A stretch of DNA of 64,000 nt, taken from Hydrolagus affinis. Taxonomy: Eukaryota. Shown piece by piece: positions 25,701 to 38,500 of the stretch (its first letter is position 1; every line of letters begins with the position of its first letter). The stretch spans positions 1 to 64,000 of the forward strand of contig JAAILG010000261.1 of NCBI GenBank assembly GCA_012026655.1, read 5' to 3'. A program made the position numbers and the translations under genes. The notes under the pieces are model-generated. The model made no database searches and was not told the origin of the DNA. It saw only the letters and a list, made by a program, of their open reading frames with translations.

Positions 25701-28700
25701 CGGATGGTATAATCCACAAGCACTGTGACATCCTCCACTGAAACACGAATTGTTCCATACGTCCATAAACCCTGGTCAGGCCAGTATTTAAAACACTTTT
25801 CCTGTGGGAATAGGCACGCATTTAATTGAGAGGCCAGACTCTTAAAAGGAGCAGCACCACTTTATAATGTTTCTTTGGAAGCAAAACATGCTCAATGTTC
25901 AATGAATATAGAATTAAAACATGCAGAAGGATCTCTTGCTTGCTTTATGACTACCATTATTGTTCTTTCTAGTTGCTGGACTAAGGTAATTTTTCTAGCT
26001 TATTCATCTTGACTGGCAGTTGTCATTTAAATGTTCTTTCACTGTATCTTCCCCTGTGACTGTATGAAAATAAAATATTGATTTATCAGTATGTGAATAG
26101 CTCTATTTCAAAAGATAAATTACTATTTAGTATAGGTCTATAAAGAAGTCCATTGCGTAAACCGGTTTTCTTTGGAAACATTCTGAACTTTTAGTTAAAT
26201 TGCTTATTACTGAAATGTGTTAAGTGATTCGCAAGATAAAACGCTGTACTGGAAATTATATTGGCCCCTTTTACGGTTTTATAATGTTCAAAACACAACT
26301 GCACTAAACTTCCAACTATTCCATAACTGAAACAGAATCACAAATCTATTTTTGCTGAGATTTACTGGGTCATTTCCCGAAATCAGACAAGTTGGTACAT
26401 CAGAAATAACTGTTTTAAACTTTTTAAAATTGTTATCCAGGGAAATGAACTTGATTTAAAAAAATTCTCAACAACAAGGTATAAAACAAGCAGATATTTG
26501 TCGTATTTTGGAGAAGTCGTTTTTTCTATGATTGATATATTCACCTCCTTTTTTTCTTTCAAATTTGTTAGCATAACAATGGTCGCCGATTTCTGTTCCC
26601 AGATCATTCTCCAGAAGTCTGAAACAGTCTCTTGTTTGGGGCCTAATAGAGATGAAGATATGAGTGTCCTGCTCAGAAGATATGATAAAGTTTAAGCAAA
26701 ACAAATCCTTGTTCTGTATATTATTTTTTAACCATAGTAAAACTCACATAAATTATATTAATCGGAACCATAAAATCCAATTTAATGAAGAATTAAAAAG
26801 AATTTCAAAAGGGTCTTATTTTTCGATTACAGTTTTCAAAATTTGAATATTACTGCAAAATTGGATCTTAAATATGAAAATGACTTGCCTTGAGCTGCTA
26901 TGAATTTATTCTTCAATTTATAACCCTGAGGAAGGAAAAAAAAATCAGCATTCAATCTACAGGCTGACCACATTACATAAACCTTTAAATGTGTTAGCCA
27001 AAATGCTGATGACATGAATTGTAAGTAGTTCAGTAAAATTAATGAGCACCTACATCAACATATGAGGCATTGATGTAATCAGACCCTGCTACCCCATCCA
27101 CAGATGTCAAAGTCACTCTGGAATTATCACCTGCAAGAAAGTTTAGATGTCACCAAACTCAACTGGAATTAATTAGCGAAATACATACCAACATAAACCT
27201 ATTACAGTACTATAGTTTCCCGATACAAGAAGCTAAAACGTAGAACCGTAACAGGATTCCTTAAGTTATGCAAAATAAGGACTTATGATTACACAACATT
27301 ATCTACTTTCAGAGCATGATTCCTGCAGACCGTCAGAGTGGCTGAAAAAGGAATTTCTTACATAGCAATCTGGTTGTGACCCCAGTATATCAGACATTTG
27401 ATTTAAGTGCAGCCGATATACCTCTCCTTCAAACCAATGGATGTGGAAAGGTTTAGCTTGAAAGGACAAGCCACGGTTGCCGTGAGTTCTATCTGCTGCT
27501 AATATGCGCTGCAAGCAAGGACCTTGTATTCAAATATTTTGACAAGCGCAAATGAGTTGGAAAAGACTACAATGTTAGTGCCTCATCAATGAAAATATGG
27601 TAACACATTCAAGTCATTTTGTTGGGCTCTAGACATACTGTGGTGCAATAAACGCTAATTAGCAGTGTGAGGAATGGCGACAACAGGCGTCAAACAGATC
27701 AAACAGAATAAGTGAATGGTAATGATCTGCTCTGCTCCTCAGTACAGCTTCATGTCTGCAGTCCATATCTACACGACATGTATTTGCATTGTAAAACATT
27801 GTAACGCACCATTAAAATAATATGATCAACACACTCTAATACAATGCAAATACATTTATTACATAACTTTACCACCAGGGTGTTCATTCCACAAGCTTCC
27901 ACTCGCTGAACATTTTGAAGATCATTTGGTGAAGTCAGATTGTCAAATTACACTAAATTATAACAATGGAGATGAAAATTGTGAATGGATGATTTAAAGA
28001 ATACTGACCTGGCAGGATATTGGGATAGCGATTTTTAACTTTGTTTTCTTCCCTGTTTGCTGCTTCACAACATGCTTCAGGAATTCCAGTGGGTAAAGAC
28101 TGTTGCAGAACAGAAATAAGGCAGATGTGTACAACAAGTAAGTTATATTTTATCAGACACTAGCTGAACCAGTTGCAGCTATGCTTGCAACCAAAGGATC
28201 CAATATGGAATGTAGATTAACACACGGATAGATATTTCATCTTTGTTCATATTCATCTGGGAGGATTCCTGTGAGAGGATTCCTTTTGGGAAGACTCATT
28301 GGGGGGGACTCGGCGCTGTTAAAAATCTAATTTTGTTTTTGCAATGGTTCAGTTTTGTCTGTTCTTTATTTTATTCCTGCCGCTCAGTGGCCACCAGGTG
28401 TAAAACGCAAAACTGAAAATAGCTCATGAACAATATACGATACGCGAAAACAAATATGCCTATGACACTCCAAGATGTAAGACGTTTTTGATGAGATATA
28501 AACCATGTCTCTACATCAATCGGTTATTGAGATCTTTCTTAAACCTCAGACAGACACTTGTTACAGTGAAAAAGAGAACCCACACACGGTTGTTTAAAAG
28601 TTGCCAAATACTCAACGAGTACCCTTCATCTACCTAATAATATTTTGTAAGTCCAATCAGTCTTAAGGAAAAGCTAACCTCAATTGGTTCAAGTCTATAT

Positions 28701-29518
28701 TTAAAGACTATACATGATTCATAAAATATACATTAAAAAAAAATTACTATAGGAGGTAAGATTGACCCAGACAGAAATGTATATAATTCTAATAAAATTC
28801 ATCTAAGAATTTATAAATGTACAGGATTAAAAATACACAATCTGACAGAGATTAAAAAGAACTTCTCCATTTTCCCCAAACCTACATTGATTTATTTGAC
28901 AAATAATTGTTTTGATTCAGCATTTCTGATATCCTGGTCTTCGATAACGCAGGTACCAAATTCCACCTGTCAATTTAGTTTCCCTCTCTTCTGCTCTTTC
29001 CAATGACAAGATATCTCTGTTGTAATAAAACAACCAGAATTGTGTAGAGTGTGTCACAGAGGGCTGGATGAGTACTCAGTACAAGTTCAGTATCAATTTC
29101 TGCGTAAGGATCTATCGTTTTGTTCCAAGAATCTTGTTTGTTCTCTTTACTGCTGCTGCATAATCTTTGAACAGAAAAGGGCAGCCCCTTCTATACCGTA
29201 ACCGACAATCCAACCATTGACTCATTGCAAAGAAAAATCAAAAACTTACATTGAACTCCTCCCGAAATAGCTTGCCCTCATCAGCTGACCGTTTCCTGAC
29301 TTCATGTTCCAAACTTGGTACTGGAATGGGAGTGTATTTCTTCGAAACTGTAGGGGATCTACTGAGAAGCATCACTGTCTGCTGCTCTGTTTAACCAAAA
29401 AAACATTCAACTTTAAGAATTTAGTGAAAGCCAACAGACAAAACACATTAAGAAGACCCAATACTGTGTTATTTGATCTTTCGCCATAAGCTGAATACAA
29501 GATAATTAATACAATTAA

Positions 29519-29553
<35 letters not shown>

Positions 29554-32500
29554 GTTACTGAAGAAACAGAAACAACTGTTATAAAGTTAGGATTCCAGAT
29601 TACTTTACATCAATTCCTGCTAAATAGATAAATTTTTCATCCCAAAATTGTAATGCTTAAAAGGCACGATCCTCAGCCAGAGATTTTTATCTGTTTGCCA
29701 CGTGTTTGATCTTGTTGATTTCATGCTCGGTCTCAGCAGACAAGCCTAATCATTTATGGAACCGCAGTTTGATAGCAAACATTTTAAGAAAAATACAGCT
29801 TCCAAGAAAAAGCACAGCCAAAAGAAATAGGGCAATGATTGGTGTAACTATTGTCAATAGTGGATTCCTAATACTACACAGCGTGCACAAGACTCACGCT
29901 CCATTTACAACAACAACTTGCACTTATATAGTGCCCTCCACACCGGATAGTGTCTCAGAGTGCTTAACAGTGGCGGAGACTGACTCCAAGGCGAGGGGGA
30001 GGGGTCGCGGGGAGGTAGCTCTAACAAGGTTGAAGAGGATTTATCTACAAACTGTGTAAGAACTGTTTTTCTAACAAGCCTGACGCTGCCGTTGCCTCGA
30101 ATCCGCCCTGTTCACTTGCATGTACGACTGTCTCTAAATTGTGGTATCTTTCTTTCAGTTACGCTTGCACACTTCTCAGTGTTGATTATCCAACTGGTGA
30201 AAAGGAGTGGGAGGGAAGGGGGACAAAGAAAGGAGGAGTGAAGTAGAGGCTGAGCATGGACAGAATAGGAGCAATTTAAAAAGCTCAACAAACTATCTAA
30301 AGCGGTTTGTATGCACCTCTTACCCTTAGGTTCCACTGGCAGCAGTAACATTGACCACGTCTTTGGCCGCCCTCCTACCCTGTCTGCGCTCGATTCCAAA
30401 CCCCCTGCTCGGATCCAAATCCCTGACTGTCCAGGACGTTGGGACATCCTCCTGACGTGAAAGGCGCTTTACAAATACAATTGATGTCTAGCTAGAAGCT
30501 GGCCTGAGCAGATCATAACTTGGGAAAGAAACTACATAATAAAATTTGAAAAGGGTGGAAAGTTTCCTTGAAAATATAATTGTTGCAGCCAATCGCTCTG
30601 TCTGACTGCACCTGAACAAATGCCATTGAGCAACAATCAGAGGTAGAGTCAAATAGAGTCTCCAAATGCCTACAGAGTTTCTTCCAAGCAATGTCTAATT
30701 GATATTAAATCTGCAGACCTTCATAGAATTTATAATTTAATAAGATCATTACTTTTGAAGAACATAAAGAATTAATTTGTACTTCGGGTGGTGAAAATAA
30801 GTCTTCCATTATCTCTCCCAGGAGGTGGAACAAAGAAGGAAAAAGAAAGGAGTTTTGATTAGTTAAGATATGATTTAAAAACCTTTTTCCATTGAAAAGA
30901 TTTGCTTTTGACACAAGCCTCGAATGTAACAGAGTAGTAAAAAGTTCCTGGATGCTGGAATACCACAGTGTAAAATCAGAATTATAAATCATGTATTCCG
31001 TATTTCCATGGATATCTTGTTGGTGAAAAAAACGTCTAAGGGGCATGCTTAACGCTCGGGTGTAATTCACATAGTTTTGCGTGTGAAGTGAAGATATATG
31101 CCTCTAACTCCTATAACAAAATTTTGTATCAAAGAATACACGAGGAGCTGAGTGGCAGGGTAGCGGGGCATGATGAAAGTTATACTCATATTTATAATGC
31201 TGACAATAAGTAATTTGTTGCTGGTGCTCATAAGGTTCAGTATAAAGTTGTTCCAGTGGCTCGTGTTTGTGATCATGGATTCAAGGCGGTGAGTTTAGAC
31301 TCTAGCCTTTATGTCCAGATATAAATTGTATCCTCATTACATATTTTTTTTAATCAAGATAGTTAGGGATGTTCAGTGTTAGCTTTTGTTATCAAGGTTA
31401 AAACAAATGAAATACTTTAATGGTGCTCTACGTGTTGGGAAAGCATTTTGGTTTAAAATCTAAACAACCTTCAGAATCATTACTGCACTGTTTGATTTTA
31501 TACTGCTGACACCTGAAATTAATTTCCTCTCAACTCGTCTCTAAACTGTGTCCACAAATTTGGGTCCAAAACAGTTTTTATTCCGTGTCTTAGCTGATTT
31601 TTCCCTTCCAAGCTCAGAGGGACTGAGACAACTTCTAGTGCTGCTTGAAATTAGCTAGCTGAGCACACAAATGGGGATTTGCTCCTGCAATCTATAGAAT
31701 TTATCAATTGGCAGTTGGAGCTTTTAGCCTTTAGGCCATTGAGATTCAGGTTAGAGTTTCTCAATGCTATTTTCACATCGGATTAAAGATAGATGTACAG
31801 TATAAAGATCGCACAACATTGCTGGGAACTGCTATGGACAGACTCAAATTACCTTGTTCTTCTATGATACCATTTGGCATCTTCTTCTCATTAATATTGG
31901 CTGAGTCCTTTTTCTTTCTTCTCAACCTATTTTTAAAAAATAATTGGGAGATATAAACATAGTGGCAGTCACAAATGACCAAATATTCCCATTCTTAAAC
32001 AGTTTCATATCAAACATTTGCTTTCGCAAACATTTTACTGTAAATTGTGACAATACGAGGCAATAAATTACTTTCTTTGACAGGTTTTAAATTCCACAGC
32101 AAAAAAGTTAAAATTCAATACAGTGTCAATACAGCGACACGTTTTTGAAGCAAGGCTACAAACAGAAACATTTCTTTCAGGAAGTAATTAAATGCCCTTT
32201 CTATAATAATCAACTTAACTAACTGATGTAGTAGCTACATACAGAGATAGATCTGTAGAAAACAGTTTATTCCAGGATACAAGCATTGTTTAAAATGGAA
32301 AAAGGTTCGAAAGGTTAATTTTGGCGGCCAGAGGCCTTAGTGAGCCACTACCTGCAGGAAAGGAAATGAAAGCATTTGAAATGAGCTAGACAGCAAGCCC
32401 CAGCATGTAATCTTGTATCAACTGCGTAACCATTCCAACTACCACAGCGAAACAAGACCAACTCTATACTTGTGCCTTATCAAAACAATTTCAAAATCTT

Positions 32501-35500
32501 CCTGCCTGCAAAAACTTGTCACGTTTATGCCGATTTCTTCAAGTTTCGATGTCCTTCGTCCTTATTAAGTGAATCAGTATTGAAAACACTTAAGCTGGAA
32601 ACGGAGTGGGGGAGGAGCTTTCACTGATCTGTAACTACCTTCCTTCATGAACTGCTCCATCTATTGGTTAAAGTTTTGATCTGCTCTCTGATAATTTTCA
32701 GGGTTTGTTCTGTGAACTTCCTCTGGGTAGCACGACTAATCCTGCTTCCCAGGACGACCAACAGTGTGGGTGAGGGTAAATGGAGGGAGGGGTATGGAGA
32801 GAGAGAGAAAAAAACCCAGAAGGAACATCACAATACACGAGGGATTTGCATCACAACAAGAATGCAAAGAAAGAGAAATACATATTTGGTCTTGATTCAA
32901 GTGGAAAAGGTCGATGGCTCATCTCAAATGTGTCGTGAGCCCAGTCACAAAGCCACAAATAAACATCTGGCGGGTGGAATGACAAAGTACACTGTAGCAC
33001 CCACTAGGTGAAGCAATCATCCTGTACTGGCTACTGGCTTGTCAATTTCAGGCTCTTTTTTTTGTACTGAGACCATGAGGCAGTGGGGAGGGCAGAGTGC
33101 GGGTTGGGGGGGTGGGGGGGGCAGGGAAAAGGGGAAGAGAGTCCTTCCTGTTCCCGTAGTGCCTATCTCAGGGTGGAGGCAGCTCATCAGAGAACATCAC
33201 CCACTTTCTTGGACATAGGATTGGTAAGAAAAAAAATCAAGAATTTCAAGTGGGGGGGAAAAAAAAATCAATAAAATCCAACACATTAAATACAGTAAAT
33301 ATAAATCTAGAAGTATTTATACAATATGCCTAATTCACCACTCTGGATAGTCAATGAGCCCTTTTCCTTCAGACTGACGAGTTACCAGGAGTGTACGGTA
33401 CTAGAATTAGTAGCAAATTAATAAAACTTCAAAATTAATGCAAAATGCTTAAAATATATGTACACTTCCAACTCATTGATTTTTCTCTGATGCAGTCAGA
33501 ATTTGTTACTATCACAGCAAAAATATGATTTTTGCTCAAGCCCTTTAAATGATACTGCAGCTAAGGAGTGAAATTTACTTGCAATGACTAGACCAATGGG
33601 CCTTGGAGTTACAATACCTTAATCTAATTCAGTGTTCAGTTATGTAGTTATAATTTTCCATAATTTCATCTCAGGTGCGCAGCCAGCTATGAAAAGCAAT
33701 TTGAGATGCCCTCCTGACATGAAAGGCGCTAATATAAATGTAAATTGTATTATATTGTAATTTGAGAAATCTTCCACGGCTTGAACTCAATCTGCAAACA
33801 CTGAAGATCCTCTGTGTCAAACGATGTCCAGAGAGAGGTATTAAAATCCTTAGTCATTTATAGGGTGTCTCAGGAAATAATTTCCAGAAGACTGCAAATA
33901 AATATTTGCCTTGACGGCAGCTTGTTAGTGCCCTTCAGTGAAGTGAAATCATGCAAACAGCTTTGAGTATTTATTATAACAAGCGCTTGCATTTACATAG
34001 CACCTTTTTGAAAGAATCATTGAATATAACAGCACAGAAGGAAGTCATTCGGTCCATCATGCCTGTGCTGGTACTTTGGAAGATCTACTCAAAGATCAGT
34101 CCCACTCCCTGCTCTTTCCCCATATCCTTGTAAGTTATTTTGTTTCAAGTATGTATTTTTTGTAGGATAAGGTCCAAGTGGGTTACAAAAACAAGAGCCG
34201 GATGCTGATCAGGAAAGGAGAGAAGAAGTGACCGGAGGCCTCATCGAAGGGATCACCAATACAACTTTAAATGCCATAAGATAGTAAGATAGACTGAAAA
34301 CTTACCCGAAGTAAACAGCAATCGCAATACAAATCCCGATCAGGAATGGCAAGATTATGTATACGGGAATATATGGATCCGTCTTTGTTGGATCTGTATT
34401 AAAAAAAAGTTAAATAATTTGAAATGGGGGAAATGATACTTAATATTTCATTTCCACTTTAGGTTGAAATTTTTGCAAGTTACTTCATAAAATCTCTGTT
34501 CTCTATGTCCTCTCTTTGTCATTAGTAGTTAGTACAAATGGGATAGATTGCTCAATTTTTCTGCAACAATAATAATAATAAACCTTGCATTTGATATAGA
34601 ACTTTTCAAGTCTTCTAGACATCTCAAAGCACGTCACAGAATATACTGTAAAGTGAACTGACTGTATATTTGTGGGCGAAACACAGCAGCCAATTGCGCA
34701 CAGCATGGACTCAGTGACCTAATAATTTTTTTTGGAGGGATTATTATCAGGCGTGTGGAGTAAGGAAACTTGCCCAAGGTTACGATCTGCTAGGAATCAA
34801 ACCCAGGTCTCTTGTTTGTAAGGCGAGTGCTCTAACCACTGAGCTACAGGACTCCAGAATGCAAGAGTAAGTCAAATGTTTTGGCTGTCGTGTCTTATGA
34901 TAAACAGCATTGCTGAGATTAAATAACCCGCAGCCCACCTACATATATCTGCTTAATAGAAAATTAGGTATCATGCTAAGACACGCCAGTTGAGCATTCA
35001 GATTGAGTGATATAGGAATACATGCCAAGCAAAGTGCTTCAATTCTGAAGCTCCACGTGAAGGTCTGAGAGTCTGGGGAATGTGTTTACACATTATAAAC
35101 TCCCGGTGTACATTGACATCAAGAGGGCACCTGTGTTATACCAGTGGTTAAAGTTTGAGTACAGTCATTTCACTTTACAGTATATTCTGTGAAGCGCTTT
35201 GAGAAGTCTTGAAGATGTGATAAGGTGCGATATCAAATGCAAGGATTATTATTATCATAGCAGTGCAGGCTTCTTTTATTTTCATTAAGAATTTAAGATC
35301 TACAGGGATAATAATTATAACTTTACATGTTATCCATTCCTTGTCCTTTTTGACCCCCCCAAATAAATAAATCAAAAGCTTTTCAGCCATTTACTGGTGT
35401 CATTTGCTTCCCAAAGATCTACAAGTGATGATTTTCAGTCAATGATCAATTTATTTATCCAGGTTATTTTATGGTCCAACAGTTTCAGGGAACATCAAAA

Positions 35501-38500
35501 GGCAGCACTCTTGACTTAATCAGAAGATTGTAGGTTCAAGCTCCACACTGAGACTTTGGACTCCCAATCTAGAATGACACTCCAATCCAGTACTGGGGGA
35601 AGCGCTGCATGGTTGGCGATGGCGTTCTTTGGATGAGACAATAAACCATAGTTCCACTTGCATGCTGACACATTCACCTACAAAATAGTCACTACACTTT
35701 ATAGTAAATCCTACAAAGCATTTTGAAACATCCTCCTGACTGACAATAAAGGCGCAATATCAAAAGCAAGGATTACATTCATGTCTGAGATTATAATGGA
35801 CTCAAACCAGTGGCTCATTTCCGTAGGGAAGAATAAGAATAGTATTTAGATATAGAAGATTTTTTCTTTAATTGTTTGCTTCCCTTTTCTCCTTCCATAC
35901 ATAAGTGTTTTTTTTTGGAGGGAAAATTATTTTCAATAAGGAACATTATTGCCAATTTTCTTAAAATTCCCATGGGCTGAATATTAAGCAAACTCTCCAA
36001 TTTGACTATTAAAATAAAAAGATATGTGCAGGAATTTTCATAATTAGTTTTCAGAGAAAATGGATTCAGGGCAATTCTTTAGGAAAGGCACTTTTTTTAT
36101 TTCAACTCCATTCCCTCTAGAAAAGGTTGTGGTTTTAGTGCTTTAGTGGTTTGAACAAAGGCATGTTACGATATACCAGGCTCTTAAATTCTAACATTTG
36201 CGTCAAAGGAACAGCAGAAACCCAACTAAATCCTCCCCCAAGTCCTAAAACCCAATTATTCTGCAGTAACAACATCAAAAGAGTTTCACACAAAGTCTCC
36301 ACAGTCAGATTAGCTAGAATTGTACAATAACATTTTTAAAAGGTTATTAATAATCCTGCCATTTGATATGGCACATTATCAGTTCTTCAAGACATCTCAA
36401 AGCACTTGACAGAATGTACTGTAAAGTGAACTGACAGTATATTGTGTGGGCAAAGGTTGTGAGTGAGTACAACACATTCACCTTTATAGATTCAGATACC
36501 TATAAGATGTCTTCTTGCAATTTATAAAATGTTGAATTACTTTAATTAACACTTATAGAGGAATTTGTGAATCCTTCCCTCACTATACCCTACACTTAGC
36601 ACACATGACATTTCCGGATGCATATAGCAGTCACACCTCTACCTAACGGTAGAGTGCAGCATCTTGACAAGCAATTGATTTCAGCCTCCTTCAAGTTGAG
36701 TTTTAAATGAAAAACATTTTGACTTGCATATAGTAATCCTTGCATCTGTCTCACGTCTTCGAGATATCTCAAAGCCCTTCACAGAATATACTGTAAAGTG
36801 AATTGACTGTATATTCTGTGGTCCAAATATATATCTGCTTCGTAATAAAGGGTAAAACGAAATATTCCAATTGTGCAAAATGCAGCTGCTTTCAACTTTA
36901 CAGTTGAAATGTATGAAAGCTTGGGGTCAAAAATCATCTGAACATTGAAGCACTGTTTTTTTTCTTCAATACAAAATGTTATACAGACACTGCCATAACA
37001 GGAAAGACAGAAATATATCTGGCACTAGAATGAGTCACCAGATCCGGCCACAAGTCAATACGTCACTTCCAACCACACAGACTGCATCGTGTGTGCTCTG
37101 CACACAATAAGAACAAGGTACAAATGCTTAACAGTGTTGTAACTGAGGAACAATTAGAAGAATTAATTATACCAATTTTCACCCTAAATATAAAGTCAAA
37201 TCACTTTACAGTATATTCTGTGAAGTGCTTTAAGACGCCTCGAAGATATGATAAGGCACTATATCAAATGCAAGGATTCTTGTTATCGATGTGAATGTTT
37301 TGAAAGTGTGCAATATTTTAATTGATAACATTTGTATAGGACCTTTCACGTTGGGAGGACATCCCATGGCATTTTGATGGTGAAGAGCATTTCTCATCCC
37401 CTTGAATATGCTTTTAGGATTGTAAGCGGATCATTAAGGGATACAATACAATTACAGTATTGATATTTGAACTGGGTTGAATGGATTTAACGCAATATTA
37501 ATGTAACTTTGCAAGGCATAAGATGTAGAAAAGAGTACCTATTGTGCTTTTCCAGATAAGCGTTTACCATTTTAATTGATCATTTTAATTTAAATTTATC
37601 AATTCATCCTAACGGGAATAAAATGGTGATGTGTGATGTTAACTTTTATTATTTGCACAATTATTCTGTGATTACTTATCACCTGTGACAAGCATCATAA
37701 TGTGTTGATAAACAGGTTGAGGTCAGTGGACAAGCACCACAGTATTGGAGGGTACCCAAGAACTATGGAACCATATCTCACCACTTCTGGGAAAGCACAG
37801 AGAGAAAATTGGAGAGCGAGATGAGGAAAAAGTATTTTTTTCCCCAACATTGTGATATATTCCAATTGCAGGGATGGTTTTCACCAGTCACTCATGATTC
37901 AACCTTTATAACAATCTGATCAGGGTGATTTGTGGGGTCAGGTTACTTAGAGGAAATCTTTATTCGACAGTTGGATGTTCTCTGTTTTGCCCATCCAGCC
38001 GTTGCTAATCATATAAGATAGACTGCAGAACAGTAAGTGTTTTACTCAGAGTAAATTGGAAGTCTGGCTCGCTGAAATGCATTTCTGCAGAGGCCATCGG
38101 CCGAACTGGTATTTTTCCTTTAAAAGTCAAATCATGCTTCACAAAGCCCTAGGTGCTGAATGATTTGATGTTCAAGAGAAGCAAGCCACTGAATTTATAT
38201 ACTGCACCATGTTAAACGTTAAAGGTTTATGTTAAAGGGATGCTGCGTTCATATAATGACTCTTTTTTAAAAAAAAGTTGGTTTAAAAACACAATGCAAC
38301 AACATGAGTTACGATTTCAGAAGTCAATTGTACAAGTTAAACACTTATTGCGCTCAACCTACAAAAAGGTATATTTTGCAGTATTTCTTCACAGATAATT
38401 ATTAAATTTCATGCATCCATGAGGAAAGCATGCTTGAGTATTTTATATATTTGTATTTTAGACAGTCGATAATTGTGGGTCTGGTTAAGAATGAAAAGAT

